From Tagaea sp. (GTDB lineage: Bacteria; Pseudomonadota; Alphaproteobacteria; CACIAM-22H2): a stretch of DNA of 64,000 nt. The notes under the pieces are model-generated. The model made no database searches and was not told the DNA's origin. It saw nothing but the letters and a program-made list of their open reading frames with translations. This document shows positions 52,631 to 62,158 of the stretch, piece after piece. Location: assembly GCA_965279525.1 (NCBI GenBank), contig CBDIIB010000004.1:928001-992000 (forward strand). Direction: 5' to 3'. The translations under genes and the position numbers were made by a program. The stretch's first letter is position 1. Each line of letters begins with the position of its first letter.

Positions 52631-53608
52631 TTATTCGACCGTGAGGCCCGAATTCTTGAAATTCGTGCGCCAGCGATCGACCTCGGACGCATTCCACTTT
52701 TTTGCGTCTTCGATCGACGGAGAAACGTAGGGGATCATCTGGTTGGAGCGGAAGCGTTCCTTGACCTCGGGGAGTTCCTGAGCCCGGTTGATCGCCTGCA
52801 GGAGCTTGGCGAGCACGGCCGGCGGCGTGGCCGCAGGCGCGTACATCGCACCCCAGTAGTTGGCGTTGAGCTCCGGCATGCCCAGCTCGGTCATCGTCGG
52901 CGTGTCCGGGAAGTCGGACAGGCGCGAGTCCGTCGTGATGATGATCGGCCGGATCTGGCCGGCTGCCACCATCGGACGTGCCTGGATGATGTTGAGCGAG
53001 CAGAAATGCAGATCGCCGTTGATCAGATCGGGTGCCGTCTGCCCGGTCGGATACGGCACGTGCGTGAAGCGCACGCCCTGCTTCTGCTGGAAGATGGTCT
53101 GTTCGATGTGCAGTGCCGTGCCCGGACCGGTCGAGCAGTAGCGCACGCGCCCCGGATTGGCCTTGGCGTAATCGATCAGCTCCTTGAAGTTCTTCACATC
53201 GAAGTTCTTTGCCGTGACGACGTAGACCGCCGGCACGTCAGCGACGCGACCCACGACCGTGACGTCGCGGTCGTAGTTGATGCTGAAGCGCTTCGGCTGC
53301 GTGGCGACGACCGCGCCGTTGACCATGCCGCTGCCCATCATCAGCGTGTAACCGTCGGGCGTCGACTTCGCCATTTCCTCGATCGCGATGATTCCGAGGC
53401 CACCGGGCTTGTTCTCGACGATGACCGGTTGGCCGAGGATCTTCTGCATGCCTTCGCCGATGATGCGCGCGGTCGTGTCGGTGGCACCGCCGGCGGCGAA
53501 CGGCACGACGATTCGGATCGGTTTGGTCGGGAAATCCTGTGCGACGGCGCTCGCGCTACCAATCGCGGCGATCCCGATCGCGGCCAATGCGGCGTACAGA
53601 GTTCTCAT
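52631..53608 (-). CDS. tctC: Tripartite tricarboxylate transporter substrate-binding protein (Bug/TctC)
   Basis: FPTKPIRIVVPFAAGGATD, VENKPG, PDGYTL, HVPY, PDTPT. Confidence 0.92.
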   Translation of the reverse strand: MRTLYAALAAIGIAAIGSASAVAQDFPTKPIRIVVPFAAGGATDTTARIIGEGMQKILGQPVIVENKPGGLGIIAIEEMAKSTPDGYTLMMGSGMVNGAVVATQPKRFSINYDRDVTVVGRVADVPAVYVVTAKNFDVKNFKELIDYAKANPGRVRYCSTGPGTALHIEQTIFQQKQGVRFTHVPYPTGQTAPDLINGDLHFCSLNIIQARPMVAAGQIRPIIITTDSRLSDFPDTPTMTELGMPELNANYWGAMYAPAATPPAVLAKLLQAINRAQELPEVKERFRSNQMIPYVSPSIEDAKKWNASEVDRWRTNFKNSGLTVE

Positions 53609-53662
53609 CGGTGCTTCCTCCCTAGGGTTTATTTTTCGAACTTGGGCTGCCGAGTTGCTCGG

Positions 53663-54562
53663 TCAGGTGGATTGGCGGCGCTCCGGCACCGCGGCGGGTG
53701 CCGGCGCAAAATAGCTTCGGTCCCCCGATTTCTGCATTTCGTAGATCGAACCCGTGCTTGCCGCAGGCGGCAACGGCATGCGAACCGGGACTGGCGCCAG
53801 ACGCGGCTCGATCGAGGACACGCCGGAGATCATCTGGGTGTCGAATGAGTCGAGCGTGCCTTCGATGCCCATCAAGGGCCATGCATCGGCCGCGCGATAC
53901 ATCAGCAGATAGAGACGCCGCTGCTTGCCCGATACGTTGGCTGCCGAGCCGTGCACGGTGCGCACGTGATGGATCGTGACGCTGCCGGCTTTTCCGGTCA
54001 GAGGTACGGCCTTCGACACGTCGATGCCGCAGGCCTTCGGGTCGATGGCGCCGCAGAAATGGCCGTCCTCGTGATGGTCGTGGATCGGACCCTTGTGCGA
54101 TCCCGGGATCATCAGCATCGGGCCGTTGGCGAGATCGCAGTCGTCGAGCATGACGCCGACGGCCGCCAGATCGTCGTTGGTATGCGGATAGAAGGCCCAG
54201 TCCTGATGCCACTGCACGGGCGCGCCGTATCCCGCAGACTTCATGTTGAGCTTGCTGGAGTCGAAGCGGATGTTCGGCCCCCAGAGATCTGTCAGCGCGC
54301 CGACGATGCCGGGATGCGTCATCGTCGCCGCGAAATCCGGATGGTGGCGATGCGGCGTCTTGATGCGGCGCACGCGCGGACTCTGCGGCGTGTGCGAATC
54401 TTCCAGATCGTAGATCTCGTCGTGGGACGACACATTGCGAGCGCCGTCGACGAAACCGTCCGCGCGATCGCGCAGGCGCTGGATCTCGGCCGGCGACAGC
54501 AGGCCGTGCAGGACGATGTAGCCGTCGCGGTCGTAAGCTTCCATTTGCGATCTATCGAGCAT
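53663..54562 (-). CDS. PhyH family Fe(II)/2OG dioxygenase
   Basis: KLNMK, WHQDW, PGSH, VHGSAAN..RR. Confidence 0.9.
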   Translation of the reverse strand: MLDRSQMEAYDRDGYIVLHGLLSPAEIQRLRDRADGFVDGARNVSSHDEIYDLEDSHTPQSPRVRRIKTPHRHHPDFAATMTHPGIVGALTDLWGPNIRFDSSKLNMKSAGYGAPVQWHQDWAFYPHTNDDLAAVGVMLDDCDLANGPMLMIPGSHKGPIHDHHEDGHFCGAIDPKACGIDVSKAVPLTGKAGSVTIHHVRTVHGSAANVSGKQRRLYLLMYRAADAWPLMGIEGTLDSFDTQMISGVSSIEPRLAPVPVRMPLPPAASTGSIYEMQKSGDRSYFAPAPAAVPERRQST

Positions 54563-54690
54563 TCTACCTCGATCTGGGAGGCGCATCGGGTTCCGTGATC
54601 GCTCGTTTTTCCGATCATCCGGTTGCCGACGCGTCGTACCCTCGACACGTTCATCCCTGCGATTCTCTTAAGGGAATCGTGCTGTTGTGA

Positions 54691-54711
54691 CCAATCAGTA
54701 AATGCGATTGG
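54691..54711. promoter_or_regulatory. LysR box CCAATC-N9-GATTGG
   Basis: Perfect 6-bp arms, T-N11-A, between divergent PhyH and LysR genes. Confidence 0.68.
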
Positions 54712-54838
54712 CCGCAGAACGTTTCATGATGTCGGCCGTCGCGCGAACTGGCACCATCCGCGACGATGGACTAACATCCTTTTCTCACCGAACCGGTATC
54801 GCAAGCGCACACAAGTCCCGCGCCGCAGGCCCCCCCGA

Positions 54839-55843
54839 ATGTCCCAGAGCATCCGCGATATCCGCGTCTTCGTCGCCGCCTACGAGGAACGCTCCTTCAC
54901 CGCCGCTGCCGTGCGCGAAAACGCCACCCAGTCCGGCGTTTCCCAGCATGTCCGCAAGCTCGAGGAGCGTTTCGGCGTCCGCCTGTTCTCCCGTACCAGC
55001 GGCAGCGTCGTGCCGACGGCGGCGGGCGACGTCTATTACCGCAACTGCATCGAGGTCCTGCGCGCCTACAACGCCTCGAAGGAGGCCATGCGTCCGTTCA
55101 GCGGTGCGGCCGACGGCGAGGTCGTCGTCGGCCTGATGCCGACCATGACGCGTTGTGCGCTCGCGCCCGCGCTCGAACGGTTTATTGCACTGCACCCAAA
55201 CGTCTCGATCCAGGTTGTCGAAGCATATAGCGGCGTGCTGACCGAGCAGGTGCGTGCCGGAATTCTCGCCTTTGCCGTCGTTCCCGCATTCGCCGGCGGG
55301 GCAGGACTTCGCCAGCGCCTGTTCGCCCGCACCCGCGAGGTGCTGGTCTCGCGGGCAACCGGCACGCGCGTCCATCTTGCGCCGGTGCGCCTCGCCGACC
55401 TGCCGCCGATGAAACTGGTCTTGCCGAAGCCGCAGAACTCTCGCCGCAAGACGGTCGAGACCTACATCACCTCGAACGGCGCGCCGGTCGAGCGGATGCT
55501 CGAACTCGACGCCATGATGGGCACGCTCGATTTTGTCGCGACGACGGATTGGGTCACGGTGTTACCCGGCCTGATGATGGCCTCGGACGTCGATCCGCGC
55601 CGCTTCACGGTCAACCCACTGGACGAGCCGCCGCTCTGGCTGGATCTCGTGCAGATCGAATCCGCGCACCATGCGATGACGCCGATGGCGCAGGCATTCT
55701 CGGAAGTACTCGCGGAGGAGACGAAGCGGCTGAACCAGCCGTGGAGCGAACAGCAGGTCGCCGACGACGAGGCGCGCGCCGCCGCCGCCGTCCTGCCGGC
55801 GAACGTCAAGTCTTATGGCCAACGCCGTCGATCACGCCCTTGA
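54839..55843 (+). CDS. LysR family regulator
   Basis: SFTAAA..TQSGVSQHVRKLEE..LFSR HTH; start MSQSI. Confidence 0.9.
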   Translation: MSQSIRDIRVFVAAYEERSFTAAAVRENATQSGVSQHVRKLEERFGVRLFSRTSGSVVPTAAGDVYYRNCIEVLRAYNASKEAMRPFSGAADGEVVVGLMPTMTRCALAPALERFIALHPNVSIQVVEAYSGVLTEQVRAGILAFAVVPAFAGGAGLRQRLFARTREVLVSRATGTRVHLAPVRLADLPPMKLVLPKPQNSRRKTVETYITSNGAPVERMLELDAMMGTLDFVATTDWVTVLPGLMMASDVDPRRFTVNPLDEPPLWLDLVQIESAHHAMTPMAQAFSEVLAEETKRLNQPWSEQQVADDEARAAAAVLPANVKSYGQRRRSRP

Positions 55844-56141
55844 CGCTGACCGCCTCGACGTCGTCCAGCATCTTCGTGCCGTGCGGCACGTTCGGCAGGA
55901 AATGGGCGGCCTGCCCGGGCCCGATGACGGTTTCCGACCCCTCGGTAAAGACCTTCATCCGGCCCTTGAGCACGTAGACGATCTGCTCGTGCGGATGCGC
56001 GTGCACTTCGGCACCCTGCCCCGCCTTGAAGCTGAGAATGCCGAATTCGACCTGGCTGCCGGTGATCAGGCGGCCGAGGGCGGTCGAATGCTTCGGAGTC
56101 ACCAGTTCCTGGGGCACATCCTGCAACGTGTAGAAGGGCAT
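55806..56141 (-). CDS. Cupin domain protein
   Basis: HAHPHEQ..PNVPH metal motifs; GGGAGA RBS. Confidence 0.85.
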   Translation of the reverse strand: MPFYTLQDVPQELVTPKHSTALGRLITGSQVEFGILSFKAGQGAEVHAHPHEQIVYVLKGRMKVFTEGSETVIGPGQAAHFLPNVPHGTKMLDDVEAVSVKGVIDGVGHKT

Positions 56142-56229
56142 CGTCTGTCTCCCTGCGGCATCGCGCCGTTTGCAGCGCTGGTCGTGAATTCTATACCGCG
56201 GGACGGCACTCCACGCCATGCGCAGTCCC

Positions 56230-56244
56230 ATTATCCTTGATAAT
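56230..56244. promoter_or_regulatory. Putative LysR box ATTATC-CTT-GATAAT
   Basis: Palindrome with T-N11-A between divergent cupin and SDR genes. Confidence 0.5.
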
Positions 56245-56334
56245 TCGGCGTAGTAGATCGTTTGATTGGGGCGACAATTCGCTTCTTGCCATAAACTCGA
56301 CGGCATCGGATGGCCATCGCCTGCGGAGGACGAG

Positions 56335-57087
56335 TTGAATTCACTCGAAGGGAAAGTCGCGATCATCACAGGCGGCACGCAGGGCCTCGGCGGCGCGTAC
56401 ACGTCCATGTTCGTGAAGTTCGGCGCCAAGGTCGTCGTCGCCGACATGCGCGATGAAGAAGGTCCCGCCAAGGTCGACGCGATCAACCGGCAGGCCGGCG
56501 ACAGGCGTGCCATCTACCGCCATCTCGACGTCACGAAATCCGCCGAGTGGCAGCACGTCGTCGAAGCTGCCGAGAGCGAGTTCGGGAAGCTGACGACCCT
56601 CGTCAACAACGCCGGCGTTCCGGGCCGCGACGGGATCGAGAGCACGACCGAAGAAAGCTGGGCGGGCACGATCGGCGTCGACCTCAAGGGAACCTGGCTC
56701 GGCATGAAATACTGCATCCCGGCGATGCGCCGGGCCGGGGGTGGATCGATCGTCAACACCTCGTCGACGTCGGGGCTCGTGGGAACGGGACGCGGCGCGC
56801 CCTATTGCAGTGCCAAGGGTGGAATCCACGCGTTGACGAAGACCGCGGCGGCGCAATACGGCGGCGAGAAGATCCGCGTGAACTCGATCCACCCGGGGCT
56901 CGTCGACACGCCGCGCAACAAGAACATCTCCGATGAATGGCGCCGGGAGATGCTGCGCGGAACGCCGCTGGGCCGCATGGCGCAGCCCGAGGAAATCGCC
57001 AACGCCGTCGCTTTCCTCGCCTCCGACGCCGCTTCCTTCATGACCGGGTCGGCCCTGATCGTCGACGGCGGAATGACCGCCATCTAG
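56335..57087 (+). CDS. Short-chain dehydrogenase/reductase
   Basis: TGGTQGLG, NNAG, YCSAK, IRVNSIHPG; TTG start after GGAGG. Confidence 0.9.
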   Translation: MNSLEGKVAIITGGTQGLGGAYTSMFVKFGAKVVVADMRDEEGPAKVDAINRQAGDRRAIYRHLDVTKSAEWQHVVEAAESEFGKLTTLVNNAGVPGRDGIESTTEESWAGTIGVDLKGTWLGMKYCIPAMRRAGGGSIVNTSSTSGLVGTGRGAPYCSAKGGIHALTKTAAAQYGGEKIRVNSIHPGLVDTPRNKNISDEWRREMLRGTPLGRMAQPEEIANAVAFLASDAASFMTGSALIVDGGMTAI

Positions 57088-57092
57088 CCGCG

Positions 57093-57917
57093 TCAGCGCG
57101 TCGTGAGACCGCCGTCGACCAGCACGTTCGAGCCGGTCATGAAGGCGGCCATGTCCGTCGTGCAGAAAAACACCACGCGCGCGACCTCGTCGGCCTCCGC
57201 TGCCCGTCCCATCGGGAACGTCGCGCGCAGTGCCTTCTCCATCGCCGCAACCGTATTTCCGTCGGTTTCCTTGGAGCGCGCAGCCGCCCGCATTTCCGCC
57301 ACGCCCGGCGTTTCCGCCATCGACGGCGTGACGCACAGGACGCGGATGCCGTGCTGCACGAGTTCCATCGAAGACGAACGCGTAAGACCCAGCACGCCGG
57401 CCTTGGCCGCGCTGTAGGCGCCCAGGCTCACGCGTCCGCGCACGCCGGCGACCGAGGCGATGTTGACGATGACGCGGCCGGGCCGGCCCGGTACGGCGAT
57501 CATGCGCCGGGCCGCGGCACGGCTGCCGAAGAACACGCCGCGAAGGTTGACGTCGTACATCGCCGTCCAGTCCTCGTCGGTCGTCTCGACCAGCGGCTCG
57601 CCGCGGAAAACGCCGGCATTGTTGATCCAGATGTCGAGCGCGCCCAGATCGCGCACCGCCTTGTCGGCCAGCGCTTCGACCGAGCCGACTTCGCGCACGT
57701 CGAGTTCGGCGCCGATCACCTTGGCGCCATACTGCTTGGCGAGTCTGGCGGCGGACTCCTTCGCTCCTTCGACGTTGCGATCGCCGATCAGCACCGACGC
57801 CCCCGCCTCGGCTAGCCGGGCGGCCGTGCAGTAGCCGATCCCGCGCGCCGCACCGGTGACAACCGCGGTGCGGCCTTTCAGCGAAACCAGATCCGAAAGC
57901 GTGGGCAATGTCGTCAT
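57093..57917 (-). CDS. Short-chain dehydrogenase/reductase
   Basis: TGAARGIG, NNAG, YSAAK. Confidence 0.9.
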   Translation of the reverse strand: MTTLPTLSDLVSLKGRTAVVTGAARGIGYCTAARLAEAGASVLIGDRNVEGAKESAARLAKQYGAKVIGAELDVREVGSVEALADKAVRDLGALDIWINNAGVFRGEPLVETTDEDWTAMYDVNLRGVFFGSRAAARRMIAVPGRPGRVIVNIASVAGVRGRVSLGAYSAAKAGVLGLTRSSSMELVQHGIRVLCVTPSMAETPGVAEMRAAARSKETDGNTVAAMEKALRATFPMGRAAEADEVARVVFFCTTDMAAFMTGSNVLVDGGLTTR

Positions 57918-57927
57918 GGGAGTTCCC

Positions 57928-58743
57928 TTACTTCTTTGCGAATAGCTTCTCCATCGACGCGTAGGCGCGCTTCGCGACCACCTTCGCGTCGAAGGTACGA
58001 TACGTGGCGTTGAAGACCTCGATCGCGAAATGGCCGCGATAGCCGGTCGCCAGGATCCGGTCGACATACTCGCGGACGGGCTGCACGCCTTCGCCGGGGA
58101 ACAGGCGGTAGTTGCGCAGCTGCTCGCGGATCGGCAGACGCGACTGGGCGAAATCGTTGATCTCGGCCAGGAAGATCTTGTCGCCCGGGATGTCGGAAAT
58201 GCCGTCCAGCGGATGGCCGGGCAGGAAGATGTGCGCGGTATCCAGCACCATGCCGACATGGCTGTGGTCGACTTCCTTGATCAGCTTCCAGCCGAGACGG
58301 TAATCGTTGATCCATTCGCTGAAGCACATCGGCTCGTAGCCGATGCGGACTCCCTCGGACTTGGCGAGATCGCCGAGTGCGCGGATCGAGGCGACGGCCC
58401 CCTTCCAGTCGTTCTTGTCGACCGGCGACATCGTCGAACCGAGGACGAGCATGTCGCCGCCGACGAGCTTGATCTGGCCGATCTGCTGGCGCGCGATGTC
58501 GAGCTTGCGGCGCTGGACGTCGGCGGGCATGCCCTCGTAGTCGCGCAGCAGCTGGTAGGCGGAGAGCTTCATTCCGCTGTTGCGGAACGACATGATCGAT
58601 CCGTCCGGATCGTCGAACAGCGGGAACAGGTCGCTGTGCCACAACGTGGCGGCGGGGAAGCCCGCCTCCTTCATCGCGGCGACCCGATCGGGAAACGTGC
58701 CCACGAGCGTGCCCGAATTTATGGACCAGAGATGATCGGTCAT
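57928..58743 (-). CDS. Sugar-phosphate isomerase/epimerase TIM barrel (IolE / dehydroshikimate dehydratase-like)
   Basis: YEPM, LDTAH, IND, RLFPGEG, IEVFN. Confidence 0.8.
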   Translation of the reverse strand: MTDHLWSINSGTLVGTFPDRVAAMKEAGFPAATLWHSDLFPLFDDPDGSIMSFRNSGMKLSAYQLLRDYEGMPADVQRRKLDIARQQIGQIKLVGGDMLVLGSTMSPVDKNDWKGAVASIRALGDLAKSEGVRIGYEPMCFSEWINDYRLGWKLIKEVDHSHVGMVLDTAHIFLPGHPLDGISDIPGDKIFLAEINDFAQSRLPIREQLRNYRLFPGEGVQPVREYVDRILATGYRGHFAIEVFNATYRTFDAKVVAKRAYASMEKLFAKK

Positions 58744-58769
58744 TGCGTCTCCTTGTCGAACGTTCCCGG

Positions 58770-59486
58770 TCAGGCGGCGGTGAATCCGCCGTCGACCACA
58801 AGCCCGGTGCCCGTGACGAAAGTCGCGAGGTCCGAGGCGAGAAATACATAGGCGTTGGCGATCTCGTCCGCACGGCCCAGACGCTTCATCGGCGTCATGT
58901 CGAGGAATGTCTTGCGCGTGCCCTCGTCGAGCCCGGCGAGGAGCGAGGGATCGACGGGCCCGGGCAGCACGGCGTTGATGCGGATGTTCTCGCCGGCATA
59001 CTCGATCGCGGCGGTGCGGGTGAGCATCAGCACGCCAGCCATGGCGCCGTGATACGCCGCCGAATGGCCCGTCCCCACGATCGCTGCCGTCGACGACGTG
59101 TTGACCACCGCCCCGCCACCCGCGGCACGGATCGCCGGGATGCAGGCCTTCATGCCGAGCCATGCCCCGCGCAGGTCTGCGTCGATCGTGCTGTCCCATT
59201 CGGCTTCGCTGGTCTGCTCGATGCCCGGCCGCCCGGCATCCGGCACGGTGTTGACAAGCGTCGTCAGGCCGCCGAACGCCGAGCGTGCGAGTGCGACCGC
59301 GCCATCCCAGTCGGCCGGATCGCGGGGATCCAGCCTCGCGATGCGCAGACGGTCCGATTCCGGATCGCCGAACGCGCCGCCGGCGACAACGCTGGCGCCG
59401 TGCTCGAGGAAGCGCCGGACGATCGCGGCCCCGAGTGCCGCATCGGCACCGGCGACGATCGCCGTCTTTCCCTTCAGGATTTCCAT
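58770..59486 (-). CDS. SDR homolog with degenerate catalytic motifs
   Basis: AGADAALG in place of TGxxxGxG; NTVP in place of NNAG; YHGAM in place of YxxxK; C-terminal SDR motifs intact. Confidence 0.8.
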   Translation of the reverse strand: MEILKGKTAIVAGADAALGAAIVRRFLEHGASVVAGGAFGDPESDRLRIARLDPRDPADWDGAVALARSAFGGLTTLVNTVPDAGRPGIEQTSEAEWDSTIDADLRGAWLGMKACIPAIRAAGGGAVVNTSSTAAIVGTGHSAAYHGAMAGVLMLTRTAAIEYAGENIRINAVLPGPVDPSLLAGLDEGTRKTFLDMTPMKRLGRADEIANAYVFLASDLATFVTGTGLVVDGGFTAA

Positions 59487-59563
59487 CGTCGCGTTTCCGT
59501 CGGTTTCGTTTCTGATTGGCCCCCGTCGGGGGACGTCAACATGGAGTGTCGGGGTCGATGCGG

Positions 59564-60376
59564 TCAATTCCGCCGTGCCGGCAGGCCGGCAAGGAACTCT
59601 GCCACAACGACATCGAAGGCCGCCGCGTTTTCCACGTTCGCGATATGGCTCGCATCGGGCAGAAGCGCGAAGCGTGAGTCCGGTACGGCGGACGCCATGT
59701 CCCGCATGGCGTCAGGTGGTGCGGCAAGGTCGTCGGCGCCCGCGACGAACAGGCTGGGTACCGCGATGCGGCCGAGATGGCGCCTGTAATCGAGCGCCAT
59801 CAATGCGGCGGCGCAGCCGCGATAGCCGTCGACGGGCATGGTGCGGATCGCCTCGGCGAAACGCGCCACGACCGCCGGCTGCGACGCGCGGAAACCGGCG
59901 CCGAACCAGCGCTCGATCGTGCCCGGCACGATCGCCGCCATGCCACCCGCCTCGATGGCCGCCAGGCGATCCTGCCAGCCTTTCACGTAGAGCGGCGGAG
60001 CGTCCGCACGCGCATCGCAGCAGATCAGCGCCTCGATGCGCTGCGGGTGGTCCAGCGCCACGCCGAGCCCGGTCATGCCACCCAGCGAAAGTCCCATGAA
60101 GACGGCCTTGCCGACCTCGTGGGCATCCATCACGGCAATCGCGTCGGCGACCAGATCGTCGAAGCCATAGGGCGCCGGCGGCACGCCGCTCGCCCCGTGG
60201 CCGCGCGTGTCGTAGCGCAGCACGTTGTGCGTCCGGACAAGTGCCGGAATCTGCGGATCCCACATGCGGTGGTCGGCCGCCAGACTGTTCGACAGCACGA
60301 TCCAGCCGGCTCCGGGACTTGCGGCACGGTCGACCCGCGCGAACAGCGCAAAGCCGCCTCTCGCCACTTCGGTCAT
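59564..60376 (-). CDS. Alpha/beta hydrolase, 3-oxoadipate enol-lactonase (PcaD)-like
   Basis: LSNSL, RYDTRGHG, GLSLGG, SHIANVE. Confidence 0.85.
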   Translation of the reverse strand: MTEVARGGFALFARVDRAASPGAGWIVLSNSLAADHRMWDPQIPALVRTHNVLRYDTRGHGASGVPPAPYGFDDLVADAIAVMDAHEVGKAVFMGLSLGGMTGLGVALDHPQRIEALICCDARADAPPLYVKGWQDRLAAIEAGGMAAIVPGTIERWFGAGFRASQPAVVARFAEAIRTMPVDGYRGCAAALMALDYRRHLGRIAVPSLFVAGADDLAAPPDAMRDMASAVPDSRFALLPDASHIANVENAAAFDVVVAEFLAGLPARRN

Positions 60377-61473
60377 GCGACGCGGGTCTTGCGTTCGGCA
60401 GCGTTGACCTTCGGCAGCACCTTCTCGGCAAGCAGAATCATCGACTGCCTGCCCAGATCCCGGCTGACCCAATCCTTGCCGGCATAAAGCAGCGTGCCGA
60501 AGTCCCCGACTTCCTCGCGGAACGCCAGCAGCTCCTCGGCCACCTTCGACGGCGAACCGTGGATGATCAGCTTCTCGCACACCATGTCGGTCGTCACCGC
60601 ATCGTCGGGCATATCGCGGCTCGACTTGAAGAGTTCGGCGCGGCCGTTCTTCTTCAGCTTGGTGACGAGCTGGTTGTAATAGTGGCGATACGGGCTGTTC
60701 GGCCCGGTCGCGTACTCGCGCGCCGTCCTGTCGTCTTCGGCGACGAACACGCTCTTGGCCACGCGCCAGTTCGCGGGATCGGCGCGGCGCCCGGCGCGCG
60801 TGCAGCCCTCGACATAGCTCGGCCAATGGGTCTTGACCCAGTTCGGCATCAGGAAGTTCGCGGAGATCGGCTCCCAGCCGCGCGCGGCGGCTTCGGTCAC
60901 GCCCTTGGAAAAGGGCGCCACGGCCGTCACGACGATTTCGGGATGCGGCCGCTGCAGCGGCCGGGGAACGTAGCCCTGCCCGATTTCTTCCATCAGCGTG
61001 CGGGCGGTCGATACGTTCCAGTACTTTCCATTGAGGTCGTACGGTGCCGCCTGCGACCAGAGTGCCAGGACATGATTGATGCACTCGAGGAACATCTCGT
61101 TGCGGTTGTTGGCGAGATTCCCGAAGGCTTCGGCATCCGAAAGGAGCCCCCCCGGGCTGATTCCGAAGATGAAACGGCCGTCGAGCAGATGGTCCAGCAT
61201 CGCGATCTGCGAGGCGACCGCCACGGGATGGCTGTTGGGCAGGTTCACGGTGCCCGTTCCAAGCCTGATGTTCTTCGTCGCGGAAGCGAGGCTTGCGAGG
61301 AACATCGTGCACGACGTGATGTTTTCGGACAGGTCGGTCGCGTGCTCGCCTGCATAGGCTTCGGCGAAGCCCAGCTCGTCGGCAAGCAGGAAAGCCTCGC
61401 GGTCCTCCCGGAGACACTGCCGCCAATCCTTGTCGATCGGATGGATCGGCATCGTGAAGAAACCGAGCTTCAT
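60373..61473 (-). CDS. Luciferase-like (LLM class) flavin-dependent monooxygenase
   Basis: MKLGFFTMP, ADELGF..GEH, IRLGTG, LDHLLDGR, PLQRPHP. Confidence 0.88.
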   Translation of the reverse strand: MKLGFFTMPIHPIDKDWRQCLREDREAFLLADELGFAEAYAGEHATDLSENITSCTMFLASLASATKNIRLGTGTVNLPNSHPVAVASQIAMLDHLLDGRFIFGISPGGLLSDAEAFGNLANNRNEMFLECINHVLALWSQAAPYDLNGKYWNVSTARTLMEEIGQGYVPRPLQRPHPEIVVTAVAPFSKGVTEAAARGWEPISANFLMPNWVKTHWPSYVEGCTRAGRRADPANWRVAKSVFVAEDDRTAREYATGPNSPYRHYYNQLVTKLKKNGRAELFKSSRDMPDDAVTTDMVCEKLIIHGSPSKVAEELLAFREEVGDFGTLLYAGKDWVSRDLGRQSMILLAEKVLPKVNAAERKTRVA

Positions 61474-61676
61474 TCGGGCGCCCCGCAGTTATATGGCGCT
61501 ATCAATGGCAGCGTTCGGCACGCGGTTGAAATCATCTGTTCTGAACGCGCACATCACGATTTTTACTGGACGTGAAGTCCCTTCGGCTTTGGAAGCGCGA
61601 CAAGCTGGGTGTATGGTCGCGTCAATGTCCGCCCGATTTCGAGTGTCGGCGCGCGAACGAACAAGCGAGGGAGAGA

Positions 61677-62153
61677 ATGCCGAACAAACCGAGCGCCGGC
61701 GGATCCAGTCAGATGACCCGCCGCCCGCCGCGCGGCGTCAAGGCCGGCAAGGGCAAGTATCTCTTCAAGATGGTCGGGCTCAACAGCGTCGAAGCCGGGC
61801 CCGACTACTCGACCGCACACGGCTCGGTCGTGGAGGGCGAGCGCTTCATGATGGGCCTGCTGCGCATGCCGAAGGGTACCGGTGCTGCAGCGCACAATCA
61901 TCCCAATGAACAATGGGTCTATATCATCGAAGGCACGCTGGCGTTCGAAGTCGACGGGAAGAAGGGTGTCGCCACACCCGGCTCGCTGCTCTATTTCCCG
62001 CCCAATGCGGTGCACGCGACGCAGGCTTCCGCCGATCGCGACGTCGTGTTCCTGACCGGGAAGGACCTCAGCCACGGCCTGTGGGGCAACCGGATCGGCA
62101 AGAAGCCGGCGGCACCCGCCGCGAAGACCAAGAAGCGCGTCCGCGCACGCTGA
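61677..62153 (+). CDS. Cupin domain protein
   Basis: HNHPNEQ..PNAVH; GAGGGAG RBS before ATG 61677. Confidence 0.82.
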   Translation: MPNKPSAGGSSQMTRRPPRGVKAGKGKYLFKMVGLNSVEAGPDYSTAHGSVVEGERFMMGLLRMPKGTGAAAHNHPNEQWVYIIEGTLAFEVDGKKGVATPGSLLYFPPNAVHATQASADRDVVFLTGKDLSHGLWGNRIGKKPAAPAAKTKKRVRAR

Positions 62154-62158
62154 CATCC

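Noticed and set aside
59564-61426. 620-aa ORF suggesting a fusion upstream of the PcaD-like hydrolase
   Set aside because: The extension overlaps the LLM gene in another frame; the real start is the ATGA-coupled codon at 60376
61488-61570. Possible LysR boxes between the LLM and cupin genes
   Set aside because: Only weak, imperfect dyads; not enough to call
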